From positions 429 to 64,428 of the forward strand of contig JANWWU010000022.1 in the NCBI GenBank assembly GCA_025055595.1: a stretch of 64,000 nucleotides of DNA. The letters run 5' to 3'. Position numbers and translations under genes: made by a program. Source of the DNA: Planctomycetota bacterium (GTDB lineage: Bacteria; Planctomycetota; UBA11346). The notes under the pieces are model-generated. The model saw nothing but the letters and a program-made list of their open reading frames with translations. It was not told the DNA's origin and ran no database searches. Each line of letters starts with the position of its first letter. The first letter of the stretch is position 1. Shown in pieces: positions 38,322 to 48,056 of this stretch.

Positions 38322-38590
38322 CGCCGCGCCATCTCCGGGGCCTGCAAGGGCAGGCGCAGGCGGCGCAGCGCGGTCTCGAGGGCCGGCGGCGAGGCCAGCG
38401 CATCGAGCTCGCTGCGCAGCGTCGCCAGCTTGGCCTCGAGATCGCGCAGTCGGTCGCGATCGGCGCCGAGGCGCCGCGCCAGCGCGCGCTGCTCGCTGCC
38501 GGCGGCGGCGATCGCGGCAGCGAGCAGCGCCGCCAGCGCCAGCCACAGGAAGGCGAGCAGGATGTCCCCCCGCAGATGCTGCATCGTCAT
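38318..38590 (-). CDS. ftsL: FtsL-like cell division protein
   Basis: Small TM + leucine-zipper protein between rsmH and ftsI, ATGA-coupled on both sides. Confidence 0.65.
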   Translation of the reverse strand: MTMQHLRGDILLAFLWLALAALLAAAIAAAGSEQRALARRLGADRDRLRDLEAKLATLRSELDALASPPALETALRRLRLPLQAPEMARR

Positions 38591-39486
38591 GGTGCTCTCC
38601 TCGCCCAACGAAGCTTCGCGCTGTGCGCGCGCGAGTTGGCGGCGATCTCCGCCGGCGTCGGCCGCAGCGGCGTGCGCGCGATCTCGCGCCACAGCCCGCG
38701 CGCCAGCTGCTCGCGGAAGGCGCGCTTGACCAGGCGATCCTCCAGCGAGTGGAAGGCGATGATCACCGCGCAGCCGCCGGCCGCCAGCAGCGCGGGCAAG
38801 GCGCCGAGCAGGCGCTCGAGCTCGCCGAGCTCGTCGTTGACCGCGATGCGCAGGGCCTGGAACGCGCGCAGCGCCGGATGGCGGCGGTGCCGGCCGGGGA
38901 TCGCGGCGCGGATCGCCGCGGCGAGGCCGGCGGCGCTGGCGATGCCGCGCGCCCGCGCGCGCTTGAGGGCGCGTGCGACGCGCCGCGCCTGACGCTCCTC
39001 GCCATAGGTGCGCAGCAGCTGGACGAGCGCCGCCTCATCGCTGCCGTCGATCACCGCGAGGGCGTCGCGCACGCAGCCGTCGCCCATCCGCATGTCGAGC
39101 GGATGCTCGTCGTGCAGCGAGAAGCCGCGGCCGGGCTCGTCGAGCTGCATGCTGCTCATCCCGAGGTCGGCGAGCACGCCGTCGAAGCGCTCGCCGGCGG
39201 CGACCAGCGCGGCGGCCGCCTCGCTGAAGGTGCCGCCGCGGATGGTCAGGCGCTCGCTGTGCGCGTGCAGGCGCTCGCTGGCCAGCGCGCGCGCCCGCGG
39301 ATCGCGATCGATGCCAAGCACGCAGGCGCCGGCGGCAAGCAGCGGCGCGCTGTGCCCCCCCGCGCCGAGCGTGCAGTCGAGGAAGCGCTTGCCCGGAGCC
39401 GGCGCCAGCAGGGCCGCGACTTCGGCGCAGAGCACGCTGGCATGCGGCGACGATGGCGCGGGCGATGCCAAAGCCGTCGCCCTCAT
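38587..39486 (-). CDS. rsmH: 16S rRNA m4C1402 methyltransferase
   Basis: H.SVL, DCTLGAGGHS, DLGMSSMQLD, LDMRM, FQALRIAVN.EL, FHSLEDR, SAKLR. Confidence 0.96.
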   Translation of the reverse strand: MRATALASPAPSSPHASVLCAEVAALLAPAPGKRFLDCTLGAGGHSAPLLAAGACVLGIDRDPRARALASERLHAHSERLTIRGGTFSEAAAALVAAGERFDGVLADLGMSSMQLDEPGRGFSLHDEHPLDMRMGDGCVRDALAVIDGSDEAALVQLLRTYGEERQARRVARALKRARARGIASAAGLAAAIRAAIPGRHRRHPALRAFQALRIAVNDELGELERLLGALPALLAAGGCAVIIAFHSLEDRLVKRAFREQLARGLWREIARTPLRPTPAEIAANSRAHSAKLRWARRAP

Positions 39487-39692
39487 CACGCGCTCGCCGC
39501 GAGACGGTCGCGGGATGCCGCCGCGCAGTGTTGCAGGTAGCGCAGGTAGGGGCTGGCGCTGACGGCGATGCCGAGGCGCGCGGCGGCGCGCAGGCGGGCC
39601 TCGCACTCCGCGAGCGTCGGCGCGAGCCGCGCGCTCGCGAGTTCGCGGCGATCGAGAGCCGACAACAGGGAGATGCACAGCTGGTCGCGCAT
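39486..39692 (-). CDS. 68-aa hypothetical protein between mraZ and rsmH
   Basis: Fills the gap exactly: GAGG 4-7 nt upstream of ATG 39692, TGATG overlap with rsmH start. Confidence 0.6.
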   Translation of the reverse strand: MRDQLCISLLSALDRRELASARLAPTLAECEARLRAAARLGIAVSASPYLRYLQHCAAASRDRLAASA

Positions 39693-39696
39693 GGCC

Positions 39697-40155
39697 TCAC
39701 ACGATGAGGTAGGGGGTGAGATCGATCGTCGGAGCCTGCGCGGGATTGCTCCAGCGCGCGAACTCCTCGGGATTCCACAGATAGACGATGTCGCCGGTGA
39801 CGACGAACAGGGCGTCGCGCTGCAGGCCGAGGTAGTCGACGAGGTGCTGGGGGAGCACGATGCGCCGCTGGTCGTCGATCGCCAGCTGCACGGCGCGCGC
39901 ATTGAGCTCCTGCACGAGCACCAGCTTGTCTTCCGGCGTGCGGTCGGCGGCTTCGAGGATGCGTCGCTCGCGCCGGCGCAGCTCCTGCTCGCTCATGATC
40001 AGCACGACGGGCGAGCGCTGGCGCCGATCGGCCTTGCCCGGCATGTAGTGCGGCAAGGCGCGCACCTGTTCGAGGCCCGCCAAGCCGACAGCGTCCCGCG
40101 GCAGCGTCAGCTGCTTCTTCGGCGACAAGCGGTGCGTCGGCGGCAGGGGAAGCAT
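39697..40155 (-). CDS. mraZ: divergent MraZ transcriptional regulator
   Basis: First gene of dcw; C-terminal repeat IDDQRRIVLP...LGL......G....LWNPEEF matches MraZ. Confidence 0.8.
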   Translation of the reverse strand: MLPLPPTHRLSPKKQLTLPRDAVGLAGLEQVRALPHYMPGKADRRQRSPVVLIMSEQELRRRERRILEAADRTPEDKLVLVQELNARAVQLAIDDQRRIVLPQHLVDYLGLQRDALFVVTGDIVYLWNPEEFARWSNPAQAPTIDLTPYLIV

Positions 40156-40168
40156 GGCGAGGGGCGTT

Positions 40169-40204
40169 AGGAACAGTTTGCAACTTTTTGCTACTGGCTG
40201 CAAC
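40169..40204 (-). promoter_or_regulatory. putative MraZ operator: 10-bp phased hexamers
   Basis: Minus strand GTTGCA-gcca-GTAGCA-aaaa-GTTGCA-aact-GTTCCT just upstream of mraZ ATG. Confidence 0.6.
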
Positions 40205-40265
40205 CAGCAAGCGCAGGAGCGCCTGAGATTTCTAGGTCATTACGAACTCCATTGCTGGGAACGCC

Positions 40266-40294
40266 TTGTATGACGGCGACTTCTGCACTATGCT
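40266..40294 (+). promoter_or_regulatory. sigma70-type promoter of multi-HTH gene (probably leaderless)
   Basis: TTGTAT-N17-TATGCT, 8 nt before ATG 40303. Confidence 0.55.
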
Positions 40295-40302
40295 TCCCGC
40301 TT

Positions 40303-41547
40303 ATGGCCGATGCTCCCTTGCTCTGCGATGTGCTGCGTCAACACTTGCAAGCCGCGGGCATCAGCGCCCGGGCGCTGGCCTTCAAGATCGGCGCCAGCTA
40401 TCCGAGCATGCTGGCATGGCTGCGCGGGCGCGGCATTCCGCGCAAAGAAGAGCACCGCGAGGCCTTGCGCCGCGAGCTCGCCTTGCAGCCCGATGTCTTC
40501 CACCGCGTGCTCGCGGCGAGCATCAAGGAGAGCGGGATCGAGGATTTTCCCGACGAGAGCGAGCTCGACCTGCGGCAGCTCGTGCTGCGCCACCTCGAGA
40601 CCCATCACCTGACCGAGCGCACCTTCGCTGATCTTTCGGGGATCCCCTATGCAACGCTGCAGGGCATCACGCGGCGCGGCGCTCTGCCGCGCGCCAGCAC
40701 GCTCGAGCAGCTGGCGCATGCGCTCGGCCTGCCGCTCGAAGTCGTGCGCGAAGCCGCGCAGCGCACGCGCGGCGAAGCGGAAGCCGCCGGACATCCCGTG
40801 ACCTTGACGACCGAGGTCGAGACCCACGCCGCGCCGCCGTCGCCCGTCAGCGTTGGTAGCGTCAGCGAAGCGCCGTCGGCCCCGATGCCGGCGCCGGCCT
40901 CCGAGCTCGCGCGCCGCGTCAGCGAGCGCATCGCCGCCAGCGGGCTGACGATCGGCACCTACGCGCGCACCCACAACCTGCCCTACATTCCGCTGGCGCG
41001 CCTGGTCAGCGAAGGCATCGAGCCGAGCGACCCGGCGGTGCGCGAGGCGATCGTCGCCGCGTTCACCGCCGGCAACGCCGAGGGCGGCGCAGCCGGCGGC
41101 CAAGGCGGCGAGCATCCGACGCGCGCGCTGCACCGCTTCGATCGGCAGACCCATCCGCTCTACAGCCGAGAGCCGGCGCCGGGCGATCACCCCCTGCAGG
41201 ACGCCTTGCTGCGGCTCTGCCGCGAGCGCGGGTGGAGCCAGCAGCAGTTCGCGCGCGCTGCCGGCATCGCCGTCCAGACCGCTTCCCGCTTGCTGCGCGG
41301 CGAGCTGCCGGTGCGCGATGCGACGCACGCCAAGCTGCGCGAGCTGCTCGGCCTCGACGAGGCGGCGTACCGCGCCCTGCTGCCGCCGGAGCCGGCGCAT
41401 GTGCCGGGCGACGCCGAGCGGGCGGGCAGCGCGGAGGACGGCGACAGCACCACCGAAGCCCTCGATCTGGCGCGGCAGATCATGCGCCTGCAGCCCGGGC
41501 AGCGCCGGGCCGTCAAGCGTCTGGTGAAGACGCTGCGCCGCGAGTGA
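40303..41547 (+). CDS. protein with four XRE/Cro-like helix-turn-helix domains
   Basis: GISARALAFKIGASY, LTERTFADLSGIPY, GLTIGTYARTHNLPY, GWSQQQFARAAGIAVQT segments. Confidence 0.8.
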   Translation: MADAPLLCDVLRQHLQAAGISARALAFKIGASYPSMLAWLRGRGIPRKEEHREALRRELALQPDVFHRVLAASIKESGIEDFPDESELDLRQLVLRHLETHHLTERTFADLSGIPYATLQGITRRGALPRASTLEQLAHALGLPLEVVREAAQRTRGEAEAAGHPVTLTTEVETHAAPPSPVSVGSVSEAPSAPMPAPASELARRVSERIAASGLTIGTYARTHNLPYIPLARLVSEGIEPSDPAVREAIVAAFTAGNAEGGAAGGQGGEHPTRALHRFDRQTHPLYSREPAPGDHPLQDALLRLCRERGWSQQQFARAAGIAVQTASRLLRGELPVRDATHAKLRELLGLDEAAYRALLPPEPAHVPGDAERAGSAEDGDSTTEALDLARQIMRLQPGQRRAVKRLVKTLRRE

Positions 41548-41956
41548 GCGCGCGCTGCGCGAGGAAGCGCCGCAGGATGCAGGCGGCCGCCTCGGCGTCG
41601 ATCCAGCCGTCGGCGCAGGGCCAGCGGCCGCTCTCCTGCAGCAGGGCGATCGCCTCCGCGGTCGTGTCCCGTTCGTCGCAGAAGCGGATCGGCAGCGTGG
41701 TGCGCTGCGCCAGCCGGGCACGGAAGCGCTGCACCCAGCGCGCGTTGTCGCCGTAGCGGCCGTCCGCGAGGCGCGGCATGCCGATGACGATGCCGGCCGC
41801 CGCGTGCCGCTGGGCGATGGCGGCGACCGCACGCGCCGCGCGCTCGTCGTCGGCGCGTGCGATCCAGCCGAGGGGCCGCGCCGTGAGCTCCAGGGCATCG
41901 CAGACGGCGAGGCCGATGCGCGCGCGCCCGTAGTCGACTCCCACCCAGACCGGCAT
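41513..41956 (-). CDS. ruvX: YqgF/RuvX pre-16S rRNA nuclease
   Basis: GVDYG.ARIGLAVCD, IVIGMP, DER.TT, ID..AA..IL. Confidence 0.92.
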   Translation of the reverse strand: MPVWVGVDYGRARIGLAVCDALELTARPLGWIARADDERAARAVAAIAQRHAAAGIVIGMPRLADGRYGDNARWVQRFRARLAQRTTLPIRFCDERDTTAEAIALLQESGRWPCADGWIDAEAAACILRRFLAQRALTRGAASSPDA

Positions 41957-42017
41957 GCCGCAGTGTCAGCCCGCGGCCGCTGCGCCAACCGCCGTCGCCT
42001 TGAGCCGCCGCCGCTGC

Positions 42018-43673
42018 ATGGAGGATGCCGGGGTGCCAGTCAAGACGACGGTGCTGCGCCTCGAGCGCGCCGTACGGGAAGAGCACCAGCGCGCCCTGGT
42101 GGTCGCCCGCCTGGAGTGGGAGCGTCTGGCGCAGGCCGTGGTCGCGGCGGCGCGGCGCCGCGGCTACGCCGGCGACGATCCGTATCTCGCGCTGCAGAGC
42201 CTGGCGCTCGTCGATCTGCAGCTGCGGCGGCTGGCGTCGGCGGTCGGCGACCTGTGGTTGACGCTGGCGGCAGCGCGGCCGCTGTCGCAGCTCGATCCCG
42301 AGCAGGGGGCCCTGGTCGATGTCGTCCATCGCTGCCTGACGGCAGCGCACGCCGAGCAGCCCGTTGATCCCGAGGCGCTGCGCGAGGCGATCGCGGCGAT
42401 TGCCGCCGTCTGCGCGGCGCAGCAGCGCGCGCCGGCCGCGGTCTCGGAGGCGCCGGAGGCGGTGGCGGCGCGTGCGGCGATCGCCGCCGCCGAACGCGAG
42501 CGAGACGGGACCGTGCGCGCCTTTGCCGAGGTGCTCGGCGCCCTGCAGGCCGCGCTCTCCGGCCAGCCGAGCGCCTTGAGCGGGCGCGGCGCGGAGCTGG
42601 TCGCGGCGGTGCGCGGCCTGCGCGAGCAGCGCGAGGAGCTTGTCCGGCAGCTGCGCGACCTGCAGCAGCGCGTGGCGCGGCTGATTGGCGAGCGGCGCCA
42701 GCTGGCCGACGAGCTCGAGCTGTGCCTGCACGAGCTGGGGCGCCTGCGCGCGGCGCGCAACCTGCGGCTTGAGCTCGCGCCGCGCACCGCGCAGGCGCTC
42801 GCCCACAGCGGAAGGCGGCGCCTGGCCCGCGTCCGGCGAGCGCTGGCGGAGCTGCATGCCTGCCTGCCGTTGACGGCCGAGCCCGCCCGCGCGCCGCAAG
42901 AGCCCGCCGAGGATCCGGAGGCCGCCGATCTGGCAGGGCTGCTGCAGGCCTGGCGCGAGGCCGCCGCCGCCGTCCTCCTCTATGCCGATCGCTGGCGCTG
43001 GGCGCTCGGCGTGCAGCAGCTGGCGGAGGCGGCGCCGCGCTGGCGCGCGCTGCTCGATGAGCTCGTACGCCTGCTGGCGGCGTGGCGCGCGCGGCTCGGG
43101 CTGCCGGCGGGCTGGCTGGCGCAGCCGGAGCGCGGCGCCGTCGCCCTCTGCGCGCTGCCGCCGCTGATCGCCGAAGATCTGCGCGCGCTCGCGGCGCACC
43201 CCGAAGCCGACGCTGCGCTGCCGGAGCTCGTCCGTGTCCTCGCGCCGAGCGTAGCCTGGATGGGGTGCGTCGTCGCGCATGCCCGGGGCCGCGCCTGGCA
43301 GAGCCCGGATCCGCCGGCCGAGGCCGCGCCGCGCGCGGCGCTTGCCCAGCTCGCCGATGCCCTGTGGGACATCGCTGGAACCCTCGAGGCCTGCTTCGCC
43401 GAGGCCCTGGCCAGCGAGCTGCGCCTGCCGCCCCCCGAGCAGCGGCTGCTCGGCGCCTCTGCCGCGCTGAGCGGCGCCGTGCGCGAGCTGTGCGCGTGCT
43501 GCGAGGAGCTCGCACCGCATGCGCCGCTGCCCCTGCCGCTGCCGGCCGCGCTCGCCGATCATCCCGAGCCCGATGCCGTGCTCGAGAGCGCGCGCCGCGC
43601 CGCGAGCTGGCTCGATGCGCTTGCCGCCGTGCCGCTCAGCGTCGGCGATGGCGAGGACCGAGAACGCCGCTAG
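42018..43673 (+). CDS. hypothetical helical/coiled-coil protein
   Basis: Long ORF filling gap, heptad segment LREQREELVRQLRDLQQRV; no recognised family. Confidence 0.6.
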   Translation: MEDAGVPVKTTVLRLERAVREEHQRALVVARLEWERLAQAVVAAARRRGYAGDDPYLALQSLALVDLQLRRLASAVGDLWLTLAAARPLSQLDPEQGALVDVVHRCLTAAHAEQPVDPEALREAIAAIAAVCAAQQRAPAAVSEAPEAVAARAAIAAAERERDGTVRAFAEVLGALQAALSGQPSALSGRGAELVAAVRGLREQREELVRQLRDLQQRVARLIGERRQLADELELCLHELGRLRAARNLRLELAPRTAQALAHSGRRRLARVRRALAELHACLPLTAEPARAPQEPAEDPEAADLAGLLQAWREAAAAVLLYADRWRWALGVQQLAEAAPRWRALLDELVRLLAAWRARLGLPAGWLAQPERGAVALCALPPLIAEDLRALAAHPEADAALPELVRVLAPSVAWMGCVVAHARGRAWQSPDPPAEAAPRAALAQLADALWDIAGTLEACFAEALASELRLPPPEQRLLGASAALSGAVRELCACCEELAPHAPLPLPLPAALADHPEPDAVLESARRAASWLDALAAVPLSVGDGEDRERR

Positions 43674-44817
43674 CGCCGGTGCGGCGCAGCGGCAGGCGCG
43701 GATGCTCCAGGCGCTCGAGCGCGCGCAGCAGCTCCTCGGCGGAGGCGTAGCGCTCCTCCGGCCGCTTGCGCAGCAGGCGGGCGACGATCTGCGCCATTCC
43801 CAGGCTGACGCCGCGCGCGACGCTGCGGACATCGGGGGCCGGGCGATGCAGATGCGCCTGCACGAGCTCGCTCGGGCTGCCCTCGAACACCGGCCGCCCG
43901 GCGAGGAGGTGGAAGGCGGTGGCGCCGAGGGCGTAGAGATCGGCACGGACATCGAGGTCTTGGCCGGCGGCCTGCTCGGGCGCGACATAGAGCGGGCTGC
44001 CGACGATGCGCTGCTGATGCGCCTTGCCGTCGGCGGCGATCGTCTCGGCGATGCCGAGATCGGCGAGCTTGTAGGTGCCCGCCTCGTCGAAGAGGATGTT
44101 GTCGGGCTTGACATCGCGGTGGACGAGGCGCTGGCTCGCGGCGTAGGCCAGGGCCTGGGCGATGTGGTGCAGCACCGCGCGCACCCGTGCTTCGGGCAGC
44201 GCGCCTTCGCGGTCGAGGACCTCGCCGAGGGAGCCCGCCATCAGCTCCATGACGATGAAGTAGTGCTCGCCGGCGGTGACGATGTCGTGGACCTGCACGA
44301 CGTGCGGATGATTGAGCGCTCCCATCCGCCGCGCTTCGGCGAGGAAGGCGCGCACGCGCTCCGGGTTGCGGGCCTGCTCGGGCGACAGCACCTTGAGCGC
44401 CACAGGGCGGCGCAGGGCGAGCTGCAGGCCGCGATACACGGCGCCGAATCGGCCGCGGCCGATCAGCGACTCGAAGGCGTAGCCGGCGATCTGGGCGCCG
44501 AGCAGCGGATCGGGGTCCTCGGCCGCTTCCAGATGCAGGACGCAGCTGCCGATGCGCAGCCGGTCGCCGGGCATCACCACCGCGCGCTGCACGCGCTGGC
44601 CGTTGAGCCAGGTGCCGTTGCGGCTGCCGAGGTCCTCGACCACCCAGCCCTCCTCGCTCGGTCGCAGACGGCAGTGCGCGCGGCTGACCTGCGCATCGGG
44701 GATGACGATCTCGGCGTGCTCCGCGAGGCGACCGATGATCACGCCGGCAGGCCCCGGCTCGAGGTCGATCGCCCGCGTCGTGCCGTCGTTGGCGCGCATC
44801 ACCAAGCGGGTGGCCAC
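43636..44817 (-). CDS. FHA domain-containing Ser/Thr protein kinase
   Basis: FHA (IGR, VSRAH, DLGSRNGT) then kinase (GRGRFG, VALK, HRDVKPDN, DLG, APE, DLYALG). Confidence 0.92.
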   Translation of the reverse strand: MATRLVMRANDGTTRAIDLEPGPAGVIIGRLAEHAEIVIPDAQVSRAHCRLRPSEEGWVVEDLGSRNGTWLNGQRVQRAVVMPGDRLRIGSCVLHLEAAEDPDPLLGAQIAGYAFESLIGRGRFGAVYRGLQLALRRPVALKVLSPEQARNPERVRAFLAEARRMGALNHPHVVQVHDIVTAGEHYFIVMELMAGSLGEVLDREGALPEARVRAVLHHIAQALAYAASQRLVHRDVKPDNILFDEAGTYKLADLGIAETIAADGKAHQQRIVGSPLYVAPEQAAGQDLDVRADLYALGATAFHLLAGRPVFEGSPSELVQAHLHRPAPDVRSVARGVSLGMAQIVARLLRKRPEERYASAEELLRALERLEHPRLPLRRTGASGVLGPRHRRR

Positions 44818-44852
44818 GCCGGCATCTTCGCGCCTACCCCGGCCCTGGCTAG

Positions 44853-46250
<1,398 letters not shown>

Positions 46251-46280
46251 TCCGTGGCGCGAGGCAGTGCCGGGCATCGA

Positions 46281-46308
46281 TTGTCGAGCGCCGATCGCGA
46301 GGCATAAT
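46281..46308 (+). promoter_or_regulatory. sigma70-type promoter
   Basis: TTGTCG-N16-CATAAT upstream of AGGGGA RBS and ATG 46332. Confidence 0.45.
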
Positions 46309-46331
46309 CCGCCGCTCATCAGGGGATCAGC

Positions 46332-48047
46332 ATGCCACAGGCCACCGCCGCTTCTGAAGCCCCAACGCTGGCCGACAAGCTCCGCCGCATCATCGAGGAG
46401 TTGGAAGCCCGCTACGGCCCCTACCAGCCGCCGCCTTCCAACGATCTCGTCGCCTCGCTGGTGTTCCAGCACCTCGAGCTCGGGGTCGAGCAGGCGCGCG
46501 CGCGCGCGGCGATGGAGCGCCTGCTCAACGAGTTCATCGACTGGAACGATCTGCGCGTAGCGACGGTCCGCGACATCGAAGACACGCTGGGCCGCGACTA
46601 CCCCCAGGTCCGCGAGCGCGCCGAGGACATCCACCACCTGTTGGCCAACTTGCATACGGCCTTCCGCCGCTTCGACCTGCGCGAAGCGTTGATGGGCGAT
46701 GGCATCGAGACCCTGCGCGCGCTGCCCGATGTCAGCACCCTGCGCCGCGACTTCGTCGATCGCGCGCTGCTGCAGGCGCTCGGCATGAAGGTCTTCCCCT
46801 GCGATGAGGAGCAGCTGCGCGTGCTCAAAGCGATGGGCGGCTGCCCCAAGTCATGGAGCCTGGCGATCGCGCAGCGGCGCATCGAGGAAGCGCTCGAGCT
46901 TGTGGAGCTCGACCGCCTGAGCCGCGTGCTGCGCGAGGCCGCCGAGCAGGCGCGCCGCGAGCACGAAGCGACGGACCCCGCGAACAGCGAGGAAGATATG
47001 GGAGACGAGGAAGTGATCGAAGACGAGACGAACGCGAAGAACGCCGGCGAGCAGCGCGATGCGGAAGCGTCGACGGCGACCGAACCGAAGCAGGGACCTG
47101 CCGATGCCGGCCAGAGCGACCTCGCGGAGCCATCGGCTGCTGGCAAGCCGACAGATGCTCAGCCGTCCGTCGACACGGCGACGCCCAGCGCGACGGCGGC
47201 GAGAGACCATTCGACAGCGCCGACGAGCGCTTCGTCTCCGGCAACGGGCGAGCCCGCGCCGCAGCCGGCAAGCGTGACGGCTGAGCAGCCGCGGGCCGAG
47301 CGCAGCGAGCGCCGGCCGCGTTCTGCGGCCCGCCGCCGGGAAGCGAGTGCCGCGCAAAGCGCCGAGCAGCAGCCGCAGCCAATGTCTGCAACGGAATCGC
47401 CGATGGCGCCGCCGCCGCAAGCCGCCCATGAGCTTCCAGCCCCCGCGCCGGCCGCGCCGCAGGCCTCACGTCGCGCCGCAGCGTCGGAGCCGGCGGCGAC
47501 ACGCAGCGTCGCTCCGCAGCCTGGTTCCAGTACGCCAACGACGTCGGCCTCCTCCCTTGCGGCGGCGCCGCAAGCCGCGACGGCCGCGGGCGCGAAGGCG
47601 CGGCGCAGCCAGCCGGCAACGGCAAGCAAGACGCCCGCTCAGTCCTCGCCTCCCAGTGCTGCTGCGGGTCAGCGCTCGGGCTCAGCGACGCCGCGAGCGG
47701 TCGCAGCGCAGTCCGCAGCGCGCGCGGGCAGCCAGTCCCGGCAGGCAGCGCGTCCGGCGGCGCGCGCGCAGCAGCCGGCCAGCAAGCGGCTGTCGCAGAC
47801 CAAGGCGGGCGCCACGAAGGCCGCGGCGGCCAAGCCGGGGCGGGTCGCGGCGCGCGCGGCCAAGGCGGGAGCCAAGCCGCCGCGGGCGACGAGCCGTCCG
47901 ACGACCAGGCCGAGCAAGGCGGCCAAGCCGAACAAGCTGAGCAAGCCGAAGCCGAAGCAGCCGCAGAAGCCGTCGAAGTCAGCTCGGCCGAGCGGGGCCA
48001 AGGCGCGCCAGGCGACGACGAAGGGCAGCAAGCGCCGCGCCACCTGA
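46332..48047 (+). CDS. EndoIII/HhH-GPD-like N-terminal domain with long disordered acidic then Lys/Arg-rich tail
   Basis: LEARYG, F.DWNDLRVA...I pattern of EndoIII-like proteins; C-terminal ~350 aa low-complexity. Confidence 0.7.
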   Translation: MPQATAASEAPTLADKLRRIIEELEARYGPYQPPPSNDLVASLVFQHLELGVEQARARAAMERLLNEFIDWNDLRVATVRDIEDTLGRDYPQVRERAEDIHHLLANLHTAFRRFDLREALMGDGIETLRALPDVSTLRRDFVDRALLQALGMKVFPCDEEQLRVLKAMGGCPKSWSLAIAQRRIEEALELVELDRLSRVLREAAEQARREHEATDPANSEEDMGDEEVIEDETNAKNAGEQRDAEASTATEPKQGPADAGQSDLAEPSAAGKPTDAQPSVDTATPSATAARDHSTAPTSASSPATGEPAPQPASVTAEQPRAERSERRPRSAARRREASAAQSAEQQPQPMSATESPMAPPPQAAHELPAPAPAAPQASRRAAASEPAATRSVAPQPGSSTPTTSASSLAAAPQAATAAGAKARRSQPATASKTPAQSSPPSAAAGQRSGSATPRAVAAQSAARAGSQSRQAARPAARAQQPASKRLSQTKAGATKAAAAKPGRVAARAAKAGAKPPRATSRPTTRPSKAAKPNKLSKPKPKQPQKPSKSARPSGAKARQATTKGSKRRAT

Positions 48048-48056
48048 GGAGACCGG

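Noticed and set aside
35089-38403. Apparent 1104-aa FtsI-MurE-like fusion and other N-terminally extended track ORFs (lpxD, lpxC, murC, mraY, nuoI)
   Set aside because: The extensions are off-frame read-through over the upstream gene; true starts sit at ATGA/GTGA overlaps
47050-48047. Repetitive AAGCCG-rich stretch as CRISPR or DNA repeat
   Set aside because: Reflects low-complexity Lys-Pro/Ala coding; no constant repeat-spacer structure
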